From Ruminococcus albus 7 = DSM 20455 (GTDB taxonomy: Bacteria > Bacillota > Clostridia > Oscillospirales > Ruminococcaceae): a DNA stretch of 32,000 nt. Below the pieces are notes generated by a model. The model saw only the letters and a program-made list of their open reading frames with translations. It did not search any database and was not told the origin of the DNA. The position numbers and the translations under genes were made by a program. Location: assembly GCF_000179635.2 (NCBI RefSeq), contig NC_014833.1, forward strand, positions 1,080,001-1,112,000, in the 5' to 3' direction. Of this stretch, positions 1-10,596 are shown piece after piece. Positions within the stretch are counted from its first letter, which is position 1. Each line of letters begins with the position of its first letter.

Positions 1-2
1 GC

Positions 3-3000
3 ATGAAGGAATCTGCAGGCAGAGATGGTATAGCGAGGGAGTACGAAACACCATCGGCTATGCATGGGGTCGTTGATTCTATCATAAAGAATATGCAGTC
101 TGTATCAGAAGAACTGGCTGCTATACCCGTAAATGCGGAAGCTACAGTTATCGGCAACAATGCTTACATCAGCGGTGACGGTTATCCCGACAATGCTGTG
201 CTGGTAGTTGACGGTGATAAGATAGCTCCCTATGTTGCTGAGAGCGGTAAGCTCCATATTGAGCTGAAGGGTGAGCAGATGGTCATATTCAACTTTGATG
301 AACTGACCGAAGCAAGGATAGACGAATTCAACATCAAGAGAGCTGAGGATAATGATTATCAGATTTCTACAACACCTTCAAACGAGAATACTCTCGAACA
401 CGGCAAGAACTACTGGCTGGATCAGAACGCTACCAGATATGTGGTATGGAACCTGAAGTCAGTCAAGGCTCTTGATATCAACAAGGCAACAGGTATATTC
501 CTTATACCCGATGATGATTCTGTTACACGTATCAAGGGTACAAGCTCGGGCTGGCTGGAATCTGCAGGCTATGTCAACAACCCTGACGGTGAGTGGCACT
601 TCCTGTACACAGACCTGCCGAGAAATACCACTGTGATCTCTGTAGATAAGAAAGATATCACAGGAGAGGCAGAGGTAAAGGGCGCTCAGCTGCGCATAAC
701 CACTGCTGAAGGTGAACCTGTATTCTCATGGGAATCCGACGGTAATACACACGAACTCAGACTTGCACCCGGCGATTATGTGCTGGAAGAAACAGGCAAC
801 GAGTTTGAAGCTGATGACGGTACCATATATAAGGTAATACCTTCAAAGGTAAGCTTTACTGTAAAGGCTGATGCAGATCAGGAATCCTACGGCTGCACAG
901 TTGAGAACGTAAAGGGCACTCAGCGTGCTGCTGACAGTGATTCGGACACAGGATATTATCTGTATAACGGCAGCAAGCAGCTGTTCACAGTATGTGATGC
1001 TGAGAGAGTATCTACCACAAAGGTAACTATCAACAAGCTTGATATAACAGGTGCTGAAGAACTGAACGGCGCAGTGCTGACCATAAAGGACAGCAAGGGC
1101 AGAACAGTAACAGGTACACCATGGACTTCTGCTAAGGGCAAGAAGCTTGAGGTCGAGCTTGCAGACGGTACATACACCCTGACCGAGACAGGCGACATGA
1201 TCACTGATTCGGAAGGAAACGAGTACGAAGTAATTGACAGCACACTCACCTTCAAGGTTGAGGACGGAAAGGTCACTACAGTAAAGAATGATACTGTAGA
1301 TGACGGTGTGAGCAGCTATTACGACGTTGACAGCTTTAACAATACTATCACTGTCAACGATGCTATGAAGCCTGCCGCAGCACCTGCTAAGGTCACTATA
1401 ACCAAGACCGATATCACAGGTGAAAAGGAGATCATAGGTGCTATACTGACCATTGTGGATCAGAACGGCAATACTGTTGAGGGAACACCCTGGACTACCC
1501 GCAGGAACAACAACAAGCTGGAGCTTGAACTTGCTGAGGGTACTTACACACTGACCGAAACACAGGGCAACAACCATATCGTTGACGAAGATGGTAATGA
1601 GTATGAAGTGATCGAGAGCTCACTGGTATTCAAGATCGAGGACGGCAAGGTGACCGAGGTCATCAACGATACAAGCAGAGACAACGGCGAAGGCTTCTTC
1701 AACGTTAACAGTGATACCAACGATATCATTATCAACGATGCTATGAAGTCCAACGACATAGTTACTGCAAAGGTCAAGATAGGCAAGACCGATATCACAG
1801 GTGAGAATGAGGTCGAGAACGCAAGGCTCAGCCTTTCCGTAAAGGGACTTTCCTATGATATGATCCAGACTATCATTGATAGTAATGAGGGTAATGGCCT
1901 GAAGAACTGGACTACAGCTCAGAACGGCGAGATCTTCACAATGAGCTGGGTATCCGGCAATAAGGCAGCGAACATCAAGGGTCTTGTTCCTGCAACTTAC
2001 ACACTTACCGAAACAGGTGACGCATTCGAGTATAACGGTGTTACCTATGAGGTGCTTGATTCTGAGGTAGTATTTGTTGTCAATGAGAGCGGAAAGATCG
2101 TTTACAGATCAGTACCTGCTCCATCTGATGAGAGAGTTCCTGCGAATTCCACAAGAAGCTATGCTAAGGCAAGCGGTACTACCATAACGATATGTGATGC
2201 TGCCAGAACAGATATCACAGTTTCCAAGAAGGACATAACCGCTTCTGAGGAAGTAAAGGGCGCACATCTTGTTATTGCGAACCGCGTCGGCGATGTCATC
2301 GAGGAATGGGATTCAAACGGCACAGATCACATTGTCAAGGGTCTGGCAAACGGCACTTACACACTGACCGAAACAGCTGTTGATGCTGAACAGGCAGGCG
2401 CTGAGTACAAGATCATTGATTCTGTAGTTACCTTTACTGTACTTAACGGCAAGATAACTGATGTATCAAGCAGTGTACTTGCTGACAAGGCAGAGAACGG
2501 TTCTGAGGACGGTTTTGTTCTTTGCGACAAGGACAGCAACACCATAACCGTATGCGATGCAAAGAAGACCACCAAGGTAATAATCAACAAGTTCGACATA
2601 ACAGGCAAGGAAGAACTGGACGGCGCAGTGCTGACCATCAAGGACAGCGAGAACAGAACCGTAACAGGCACTCCCTGGACATCACAGAAGGGCAAGAAGC
2701 TTGAAGTTGAACTTGAAAACGGCACATATACTCTGACCGAAACAGGTGACAAGATCACCGATGCAGAGGGCAACGAGTATGAAGTTATCGACAGCACTCT
2801 GACCTTCAAGGTAGAGGACGGCAAGGTAACAGTTGTTGAAAACAACACAAACAGCAACAATGGTGAAGGCTTCTATGCAGTAGATAGCGATACTAATACT
2901 ATCACAGTAAATGATGCAAAGAAGACCACCAAGGTAATCATCAACAAGTTCGACATAACAGGCAAGGAAGAACTGGACGGCGCAGTGCTGACTATAAAGG

Positions 3001-6000
3001 ACAGCGAGGGCAGGACAGTAACAGGTACTCCCTGGACATCACAGAAGGGCAAGAAGCTTGAAGTTGAACTTGAAAACGGCACATATACTCTGACCGAAAC
3101 AGGTGATAAGATCACCGATGCAGAGGGCAACGAGTATGAAGTTATCGACAGCACTCTGACCTTCAAGGTTGAGGACGGCAAGGTAACAGTTGTTGAAAAC
3201 AACACAAACAGCAACAATGGTGAAGGCTTCTATGCTGTAGATAGCGATACTAATACTATCACCGTCAACGATGCTAAGAAGACCACCAAGGTAATAATCA
3301 ACAAGTTTGACATAACAGGCAAGGAAGAACTGGACGGCGCAGTGCTGACCATAAAGGACAGCGAGGGCAGGACAGTAACAGGTACTCCCTGGACTTCCGC
3401 TAAGAATAAGAAGCTTGAAGTTGAACTTGAAAACGGCACATATACTCTGACCGAAACAGGTGACAAGATCACCGATGCAGAGGGCAACGAGTATGAAGTT
3501 ATCGACAGCACTCTGACCTTCAAGGTAGAGAATGGCAAGGTAACAGTTGTTGAGAACAATACAAATTCCAACAGCGGTGAGGGCTTCTATGCAGTAGATA
3601 GCGATACTAATACTATCACAGTAAATGATGCAAAGAAGACCACCAAGGTAATAATCAACAAGTTCGATATCACAGGCAAGGAAGAACTGGACGGCGCAGT
3701 GCTGACTATAAAGGACAGCAAGGGCAGAACAGTAACAGGTACTCCCTGGACTTCCGCTAAGAATAAGAAGCTTGAAGTTGAACTTGAAAACGGCACATAT
3801 ACTCTGACTGAAACAGGTGATAAGATCACCGATGCTGAGGGCAACGAGTATGAAGTTATCGACAGCACTCTGACCTTCAAGGTAGAGGACGGCAAGGTAA
3901 CAGTTGTTGAAAACAACACAAATTCCAACAATGGTGAAGGCTTCTATGCAGTAGATAGCGATACTAATACTATCACCGTCAACGATGCTAAGAAGACCAC
4001 CAAGGTAATAATCAACAAGTTCGATATAACAGGCAAGGAAGAACTGGACGGCGCAGTGCTGACTATCAAGGACAGCGAGGGCAGGACAGTAACAGGCACT
4101 CCCTGGACTTCTGCTAAGGGCAAGAAGCTTGAAGTTGAACTTGAAAACGGCACATATACTCTGACCGAAACAGGCGATAAGATCACCGATGCAGAGGGCA
4201 ACGAGTATGAAGTTATCGACAGCACTCTGACCTTCAAGGTTGAGAATGGCAAGGTAACAGTTGTTGAGAACAACACAAACAGCAACAATGGTGAAGGCTT
4301 CTATGCAGTAGATAGCGATACTAATACTATCACTGTAAATGATGCTAAGAAGACCACCAAGGTAATAATCAACAAGTTCGATATAACAGGCAAGGAAGAA
4401 CTGGACGGCGCAGTGCTGACCATAAAGGACAGCGAGGGCAGGACCGTAACAGGCACTCCATGGACTTCACAGAAGGGCAAGAAGCTTGAAGTTGAACTTG
4501 AAAACGGCACATATACTCTGACCGAAACAGGTGACAAGATCACCGATGCAGAGGGCAACGAGTATGAAGTTATCGACAGCACTCTGACCTTCAAGGTAGA
4601 GGACGGCAAGGTAACAGTTGTTGAAAACAACACAAACAGCAATAATGGTGAAGGCTTCTATGCAGTAGATAGCGATACTAATACTATCACAGTAAATGAT
4701 GCAAAGAAGACCACCAAGGTGATCATCAACAAGTTCGACATAACAGGCAAGGAAGAACTGGACGGCGCAGTGCTGACTATCAAGGACAGCGAGAACAGAA
4801 CCGTAACAGGCACTCCCTGGACTTCACAGAAGGGCAAGAAGCTTGAAGTTGAACTTGAAAACGGCACATATACTCTGACCGAAACAGGTGACAAGATCAC
4901 CGATGCAGAGGGCAACGAGTATGAAGTTATCGACAGCACTCTGACCTTCAAGGTTGAGAATGGCAAGGTAACAGTTGTTGAGAACAACACAAACAGCAAC
5001 AATGGCGAGGGCTTCTATGCAGTAGATAGCGATACTAATACTATCACCGTCAACGATGCTAAGAAGACCACCAAGGTAATAATCAACAAGTTCGATATCA
5101 CAGGCAAGGAAGAACTGGACGGCGCAGTGCTGACCATAAAGGACAGCGAGAACAGAACCGTAACAGGCACTCCCTGGACTTCTGCTAAGAATAAGAAGCT
5201 TGAAGTTGAACTTGAAAACGGCACATATACTCTGACCGAAACAGGTGACAAGATCACCGATGCAGAGGGCAACGAGTATGAAGTTATCGACAGCACTCTG
5301 ACCTTCAAGGTAGAGGACGGCAAGGTAACAGTTGTTGAAACAACACAAACAGCAATAATGGTGAAGGCTTCTATGCAGTAGATAGCGATACTAATACTAT
5401 CACAGTAAATGATGCAAAGAAGACCACCAAGGTGATCATCAACAAGTTCGACATAACAGGCAAGGAAGAACTGGACGGCGCAGTGCTGACCATAAAGGAC
5501 AGCGAGGGCAGGACAGTAACAGGCACTCCCTGGACATCACAGAAGGGCAAGAAGCTTGAAGTTGAACTTGAAAACGGCACATATACTCTGACCGAAACAG
5601 GTGATAAGATCACCGATGCAGAGGGCAACGAGTATGAAGTTATCGACAGCACTCTGACCTTCAAGGTAGAGGACGGCAAGGTAACAGTTGTTGAAAACAA
5701 CACAAACAGCAATAATGGTGAAGGCTTCTATGCAGTAGATAGCGATACTAATACTATCACCGTCAACGATGCAAAGAAGACCACCAAGGTAATAATCAAC
5801 AAGTTTGACATAACAGGCAAGGAAGAACTGGACGGCGCAGTGCTGACCATAAAGGACAGCGAGGGCAGGACAGTAACAGGTACTCCCTGGACTTCCGCTA
5901 AGAATAAGAAGCTTGAAGTTGAACTTGAAAACGGCACATATACTCTGACCGAAACAGGTGATAAGATCACCGATGCAGAGGGCAACGAGTATGAAGTTAT

Positions 6001-7882
6001 CGACAGCACTCTGACCTTCAAGGTAGAGGACGGCAAGGTAACAGTTGTTGAAAACAACACAAATTCCAACAGCGGTGAGGGCTTCTATGCAGTAGATAGC
6101 GATACTAATACTATCACCGTCAACGATGCAAAGAAGACCACCAAGGTAATAATCAACAAGTTTGACATAACAGGCAAGGAAGAATTGGACGGCGCAGTGC
6201 TGACCATAAAGGACAGCGAGGGCAGGACAGTAACAGGCACTCCCTGGACTTCACAGAAGGGCAAGAAGCTTGAAATTGAACTTGAAAACGGCACATATAC
6301 TCTGACCGAAACAGGTGATAAGATCACCGATGCAGAGGGCAACGAGTATGAAGTTATCGACAGCACTCTGACCTTCAAGGTAGAGGACGGCAAGGTAACA
6401 GTTGTTGAAAACAACACAAACAGCAACAATGGTGAGGGCTTCTATGCAGTAGATAGCGATACTAATACTATCACTGTAAATGATGCTAAGAAGTCTAATG
6501 TAACTATTACCAAAGTAGTTATCAAGAAGACTGATATCACAGGTACAGAGGAGATCACAGGTGCTGTACTGACAGTCAAGGATTCTGACGGCAATACTGT
6601 AACAGGTACACCTTGGACTTCCGGCAAGGACGGCAAGGAACTGGAACTCGAGCTGACAAACGGTACTTATACTCTTACTGAGGAAGCCGGCAACAATCAT
6701 ATAGTTGATGCGAACGGCAACGAGTACGAGGTGATTGAAAGCGTTCTGACTTTCAAGGTCGAAAACGGCATGGTAACTGAGGTCATCAATGATACTGAAA
6801 AGGGTAACGGCGAGGGCTTCTTTGAAGTTGATTCTGATAGCAATACTATCACGGTCAACGATGCTATGAAGTCCAATGAAACTACTACCATTGTAGTTAT
6901 CAAGAAGACCGATATCACAGGTACAGAGGAGATCACAGGTGCTGTACTGACAGTTAAGGATTCTGACGGCAATACCGTAACAGGTACACCTTGGACTTCC
7001 GGTAAGGACGGCAGTGAGCTGGAGCTCGAACTTGAAAACGGTACATATACTCTGACCGAAACAGGTGACACCATTACCGATGCAAACGGCAACGAGTATG
7101 AAGTTATCGACAGCACTCTCACCTTCAAGGTTGAGGACGGCAAGGTAACAGTTGTTGAAAACAACACTGATAAGGACAGCGGTGAAGGCTTCTTTGAGGT
7201 TGATTCCGATAGCAACACTATCACCGTCAACGATGCAAAGAAGACTGATAAGACTACTACCAGAGTTGTTATCAAGAAGACCGATATCACAGGTACAGAG
7301 GAGATCACAGGTGCTGTACTGACAGTTAAGGATTCTGACGGCAATACCGTAACAGGTACACCTTGGACTTCCGGTCAGGACGGCAGTGAGCTGGAGCTCG
7401 AACTGGAGAACGGCACATATACTCTGACCGAAACAGGTGATACCATTACCGATGCAAACGGCAACGAGTATGAAGTTATCGACAGTACTCTCACCTTCAT
7501 GGTAGAGGAAGGCAAGGTAACAGTTGTTGAAAACAGCACCGATAAGGACAGCGGCGAGGGCTTCTTCGAGGTCGATTCCGATAGCAACACTATCACTGTC
7601 AACGATGCAAAGAAGACTGATGACAGCTCGAAGCGTGATCGTGATGATGATTCTGCTACGGTAGAAGATAGTGACGATTCGGATTCCGCTTCTTCAAGCG
7701 GAGGTCCTGACAGCTCTAGCAGCAAGACTTCGACAACTTCGTCTTCAACATCTACCTCTACAAACACAAGCAACCCCAATACAGGTGCAAGAGTTCTGAT
7801 AAATACAGCAGAATTCGTAGCAGCGGTAGGTCTGGGCTTCCTGGCTATCAGACGCAAAAAGAACGACGAAGACGATCAGTGA
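3..7882 (+). pseudogene. Giant repetitive cell-wall-anchored surface protein or adhesin with about 19 SpaA/CnaB-like prealbumin-fold modules. The frame is broken by a 1-nt deletion, and the 5' end probably lies upstream of the window.
   Basis: ORFs 3..5381 and 5432..7882 lie in different + frames but encode the same 119-aa module (KKTTKVIINKFDITGKEELDGAVLTIKDS..GTYTLTETGD..EYEVIDSTLTFKVEDGKVTVVENN..TITVNDA). Other copies read GTTGTTGAAAACAACAC, whereas 5331-5346 reads GTTGTTGAAACAACAC (A4 to A3), which gives TAG at 5379-5381. The C-terminus has a D/S/T-rich stalk, an NPNTG sortase-type motif, a hydrophobic segment (VLINTAEFVAAVGLGFLAI) and an RRKK tail. No signal peptide is visible at the window start. 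Confidence 0.85.
2564..6489 (+). repeat. Tandem array of 11 near-identical 357-bp (119-aa) coding units inside the adhesin gene
   Basis: GAAGACCACCAAGGTAAT recurs at 2564, 2921, 3278, 3635, 3992, 4349, 4706 and 5063. It then recurs at 5419 (356-bp spacing caused by the deletion), 5776 and 6133. More diverged modules flank the array, about five upstream from ~640 and three downstream at ~6500, 6890 and 7260. Confidence 0.95.
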
Positions 7883-7901
7883 TCGCTGAGCCGATAAAAG
7901 A

Positions 7902-7930
7902 AGAGCCACCCGCGAGGGTGGTTCTTTTTT
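7902..7930 (+). terminator. Intrinsic terminator of the adhesin gene
   Basis: AGAGCCACCC-GCGA-GGGTGGTTCT forms a 10-bp stem with one G-U pair and is followed by TTTTTT. Confidence 0.8.
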
Positions 7931-7933
7931 GCC

Positions 7934-7976
7934 AAAAAATAACCGCAGCGATGTAATTTTCGCTGCGGTGTTTTTA
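7934..7976 (-). terminator. Intrinsic terminator downstream of the AIM24 gene, possibly bidirectional
   Basis: ACCGCAGCG (7942-7950) pairs with CGCTGCGGT (7961-7969). U-runs follow on both strands (TATTTTTT on the minus strand, GTTTTTATT on the plus strand). Confidence 0.75.
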
Positions 7977-7977
7977 T

Positions 7978-8721
7978 TCAGTAAATTCTTCTCTGTGCCG
8001 AAGGACGTGAGCCTGATGCTCTGCCGTCCATTGATACATCAACGCCAGAGGCGCGTTCTTCGGGCTGGATGATCACGGTAGCAGGTGCCTGCGGAGGCCA
8101 TTCAAACATATAGGATTCGCCTGAACTCTGACCGATGAAGTTTCTCCATGAGATATCCGTCCTCAGTGTGGGATCGGCACCTATCCAGCATACGGTTGCA
8201 TCGGGGTCTGCTTCAAGTGTTGCCCCGGACTGGATATTTGAAAGCACCAGCGGGTTGCCGTCCACAAGGATAGCTACATAGGATTCATTTCCCTGACCTG
8301 TAAGCGTAGATGTTGCAAGACCCTTCTGTGAGATGACACCCTGTCCGAGAAAACGTACACCATACTTGCATTCACGGGAGAAAGCAAGGATATTTTCGCT
8401 TTCGATAGATATGGTTTCGTTGGGTTCAAGCTTGTATACAACTACGTGCTGCTGGTCATTGGCATAATAGGTCACGCTGTCACCCTGGAATTCTACCTTC
8501 ATCAGCGGCAGGTTCTCACCGGTGATCCTACGGGTAAGCTGTCCCAGCAGCGCCTGCCCGAAGCCCTCCTGAGGACCAAGCATGACCTTGGTGAAGGTGT
8601 AGTTCTTGGGACCGATACATTCACCGCCTACGAACGCACCTGCCTTTGTATATATCAGATCTCCGCCGCCGCGGCAGGTTATTTTTAAACAAAGCTCGTT
8701 AACTGTTTCAAACATTACCAT
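7978..8721 (-). CDS. AIM24 family protein (DUF124/TIGR00266-like)
   Basis: This is a 247-aa ORF. It has AIM24-like sequence such as LKITCRGGGDLIYTKAGAFVGGE, ISIESENILAF and ATVIIQP. The RBS AAAGGAGAA lies 7 nt upstream of the ATG, and the gene starts 21 nt downstream of the TerD gene stop. Confidence 0.8.
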   Translation of the reverse strand: MVMFETVNELCLKITCRGGGDLIYTKAGAFVGGECIGPKNYTFTKVMLGPQEGFGQALLGQLTRRITGENLPLMKVEFQGDSVTYYANDQQHVVVYKLEPNETISIESENILAFSRECKYGVRFLGQGVISQKGLATSTLTGQGNESYVAILVDGNPLVLSNIQSGATLEADPDATVCWIGADPTLRTDISWRNFIGQSSGESYMFEWPPQAPATVIIQPEERASGVDVSMDGRASGSRPSAQRRIY

Positions 8722-8742
8722 GATGATATTCTCCTTTTTGTC

Positions 8743-10203
8743 CTATTCGAGCGCAACGCCGTACATTCCGCAGAACGCCGCGAGATCCAGATTTTTACCT
8801 GCGCCTACCGCATTGAATTTCCATTCGCCCTTGTAGCGGTAAAGCTCACCCAGCACCATAGCTGTTACGGATGAATAGCATTCGTCCATTCTGAAGGATG
8901 CTATCTCCCTGTTGGTGCGGCTGTCGAGTATACGCGCATAAAGGTTCTGCACCATACCGAAATTGAGAGCGTGTGCGGCAGCCTCGTATATAGTGACCGC
9001 AAGTGCTATCTTTGTGACCCTTGCATCGACACGGGTGAGATCCATGATGATAGCCGCGTCATCGGGTGAATTGGGATCATCCTTGAATATCTTATAGTGC
9101 AGCCCGTTATCAGGACTGTCGGGCTGACCATAGAAAATGAACCACTCATCTCCGAGGACTTTTCCGCTGTCGCCAAGCATGAAAGCGGAGGCATCCAGTT
9201 CAACTCTGCCATCCTTGACGTCCCAGCCAAAGCATATTTTAAGCTGTTCGGCAGGTCTGCCGTCTCTGTCCTTTATGGAATATTTCTGTCCTTTAGCAAG
9301 TCTGTCGCCTGTGGGGTCTACACGGTTGCGTTTTACAGTGGGACGATTATTTGCAGGATTTGAAGCATAGCTTGCATTTGCATTGTTCACAGGCTGCTGC
9401 ACCCCGAAATTGCCATGTCCTGTATTCGGAGTATTACGCACAGGTTCCCATGCGCCATGCTGCTGATTCTGCTGAGGGGGCTGAGGCTGTGAGAATATAG
9501 CATCCAGCGGGTCGCCGGATGGCTGATTATTGTAGCCATTGTTGGGATAGCCATTCTGCGGCTGATTGTTGTAGCCGTTGTTGGGATAGCCGTTCTGCGG
9601 CTGATTGTTGTAGCCGTTGTTGGGATAGCCATTCTGCGGCTGATTGTTGTAGCCGTTGTTGAGATAACCGTTCTGCGGCTGATTGTTGTAGCCGTTATTG
9701 GGATAGCCATTCTGCGGCTGATTGTTGTAGCCGTTATTGGGATAACCGTTCTGCGGCTGATTGTTGTAGCCGTTGTTGGGATAGCTGTTCTGTGGCTGAT
9801 TGTTGTAGCCGTTGTTGGGATAGCCGTTCTGCGGCTGATTGTTGTAGCCGTTATTGGGATAGCCGTTCTGCGGCTGATTCATATTTCTGTTTACGCCGCC
9901 GTTCGGGTGGTCGATTCTGTTTGCGCCGTTAAGACCGCCGTTTTGCATGGCGCTCATAGCTACAGCGCCTACTGCTGCGCCAGTGACGAAACCTCCCACG
10001 GAGCTTGGGTTGACAATACCGCTGCCGCCCATATTACCCATCATGGGATTGCCCATACCCATTCCGCCCATCATGGGACCGCGGTTCATGATACCCATAA
10101 GGTCATTTATCGGCGGCTGGATAAAGCTGTTTGTACCGTAGTTGTTCAAGAGGTCGTTTCTGCCGAGAGCGCCTCTGGTTATCATAGGAACTATCAGACT
10201 CAT
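8743..10203 (-). CDS. TerD-domain stress protein with an N-terminal Met/Gly-rich region, a Gly/Ala hydrophobic segment and a Q/N/Y/G/P oligopeptide-repeat region
   Basis: The C-terminal ~190 aa carries TerD hallmarks (KICFGWDV..VELDASAFML...WFIFYGQ...IIMDL..V...KIALAVTIYEA...NFG.V.N.YARILD....EIA.F......SVTAMVLGELYRYKGEWKFNAVG). The N-terminal half is low complexity. The RBS GGGAGG lies 7 nt upstream of the ATG. Confidence 0.85.
   Translation of the reverse strand: MSLIVPMITRGALGRNDLLNNYGTNSFIQPPINDLMGIMNRGPMMGGMGMGNPMMGNMGGSGIVNPSSVGGFVTGAAVGAVAMSAMQNGGLNGANRIDHPNGGVNRNMNQPQNGYPNNGYNNQPQNGYPNNGYNNQPQNSYPNNGYNNQPQNGYPNNGYNNQPQNGYPNNGYNNQPQNGYLNNGYNNQPQNGYPNNGYNNQPQNGYPNNGYNNQPQNGYPNNGYNNQPSGDPLDAIFSQPQPPQQNQQHGAWEPVRNTPNTGHGNFGVQQPVNNANASYASNPANNRPTVKRNRVDPTGDRLAKGQKYSIKDRDGRPAEQLKICFGWDVKDGRVELDASAFMLGDSGKVLGDEWFIFYGQPDSPDNGLHYKIFKDDPNSPDDAAIIMDLTRVDARVTKIALAVTIYEAAAHALNFGMVQNLYARILDSRTNREIASFRMDECYSSVTAMVLGELYRYKGEWKFNAVGAGKNLDLAAFCGMYGVALE
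9521..9880 (-). repeat. 39-bp tandem coding repeat with about 9.2 copies, encoding NNQPQNGYPNNGY
   Basis: CTGATTGTTGTAGCCGTTGTTGGGATAGCC(A/G)TTCTGCGG is reiterated head to tail, with differences mostly at third codon positions. Confidence 0.95.
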
Positions 10204-10269
10204 GCTGCTGCCTCCCTTTTCCTTTGTGTCTGCCCGCTGAGCGGGAACTGTGTTTGTTTATATACAGTC

Positions 10270-10298
10270 ATTATATCACAAATTATCTGATTTTGCAA
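10270..10298 (-). promoter_or_regulatory. Sigma-A type promoter for the TerD/AIM24 operon
   Basis: The minus strand reads TTGCAA, then a 17-nt spacer, then TATAAT preceded by TGA (an extended -10). The promoter lies about 65 nt upstream of the TerD ATG. Confidence 0.65.
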
Positions 10299-10513
10299 TA
10301 CTTGTGCTGAAAAAGTCAAATGTATATGTCATCAGTGGAGCCTCATGCAGGCGAAGAATGCAGATCATAGGGATAGTACCGGATTTTAAATAATTCTGCA
10401 AAGAAAATTCATAAACATTTGCAGTCTGCTTATCAAAATTGCCTATTATCAAGGATAATGAGTAGGTTAGTTAGTGTAAAATGGAGATTTTTTGCAGGAT
10501 TGTCGGTTTTCAC

Positions 10514-10542
10514 TTGCAAAATCACGAAAAATGGAGTACAAT
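10514..10542 (+). promoter_or_regulatory. Sigma-A type promoter for the aminotransferase gene
   Basis: TTGCAA, a 17-nt spacer, then TACAAT, located 55 nt upstream of the ATG. Confidence 0.6.
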
Positions 10543-10596
10543 ACAATAGTCGGAAATGACACTATTTTAGCTATATGATTTCGGAGGGTTCGGAAT

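Noticed and set aside
2564-6489. A CRISPR array as the explanation for the regular repeats, also considered for 9521-9880 and 16443-18893
   Set aside because: The units abut head to tail with no unique spacers. They are in frame and translate into protein domains or oligopeptide repeats.
843-7857. About twenty minus-strand ORFs of 100-245 aa inside the adhesin gene, for example MLLFVLFSTTVTLPSSTLKV..., plus the + ORF 2522..2704
   Set aside because: They repeat with the same 357-bp period as the sense-strand modules. They are low-complexity S/T/V/L antisense shadows with no RBS, and the sense frame has clear domain signatures.
5432-7882. The second adhesin ORF as an independent gene starting at GTG 5432
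   Set aside because: The GTG lies in the middle of a module (VIINKFD). There is no RBS, promoter or signal peptide, and the sequence continues the upstream gene once one A is restored at ~5340.
8446-10290. Plus-strand and alternative-frame ORFs overlapping the AIM24 and TerD genes (8446..8688, 8606..8836, 9006..9230, 9097..9370, 9387..9710, 9907..10290, 9947..10141)
   Set aside because: They lie opposite to, or out of frame with, well-supported genes. They have repeat-driven or biased composition and no RBS.
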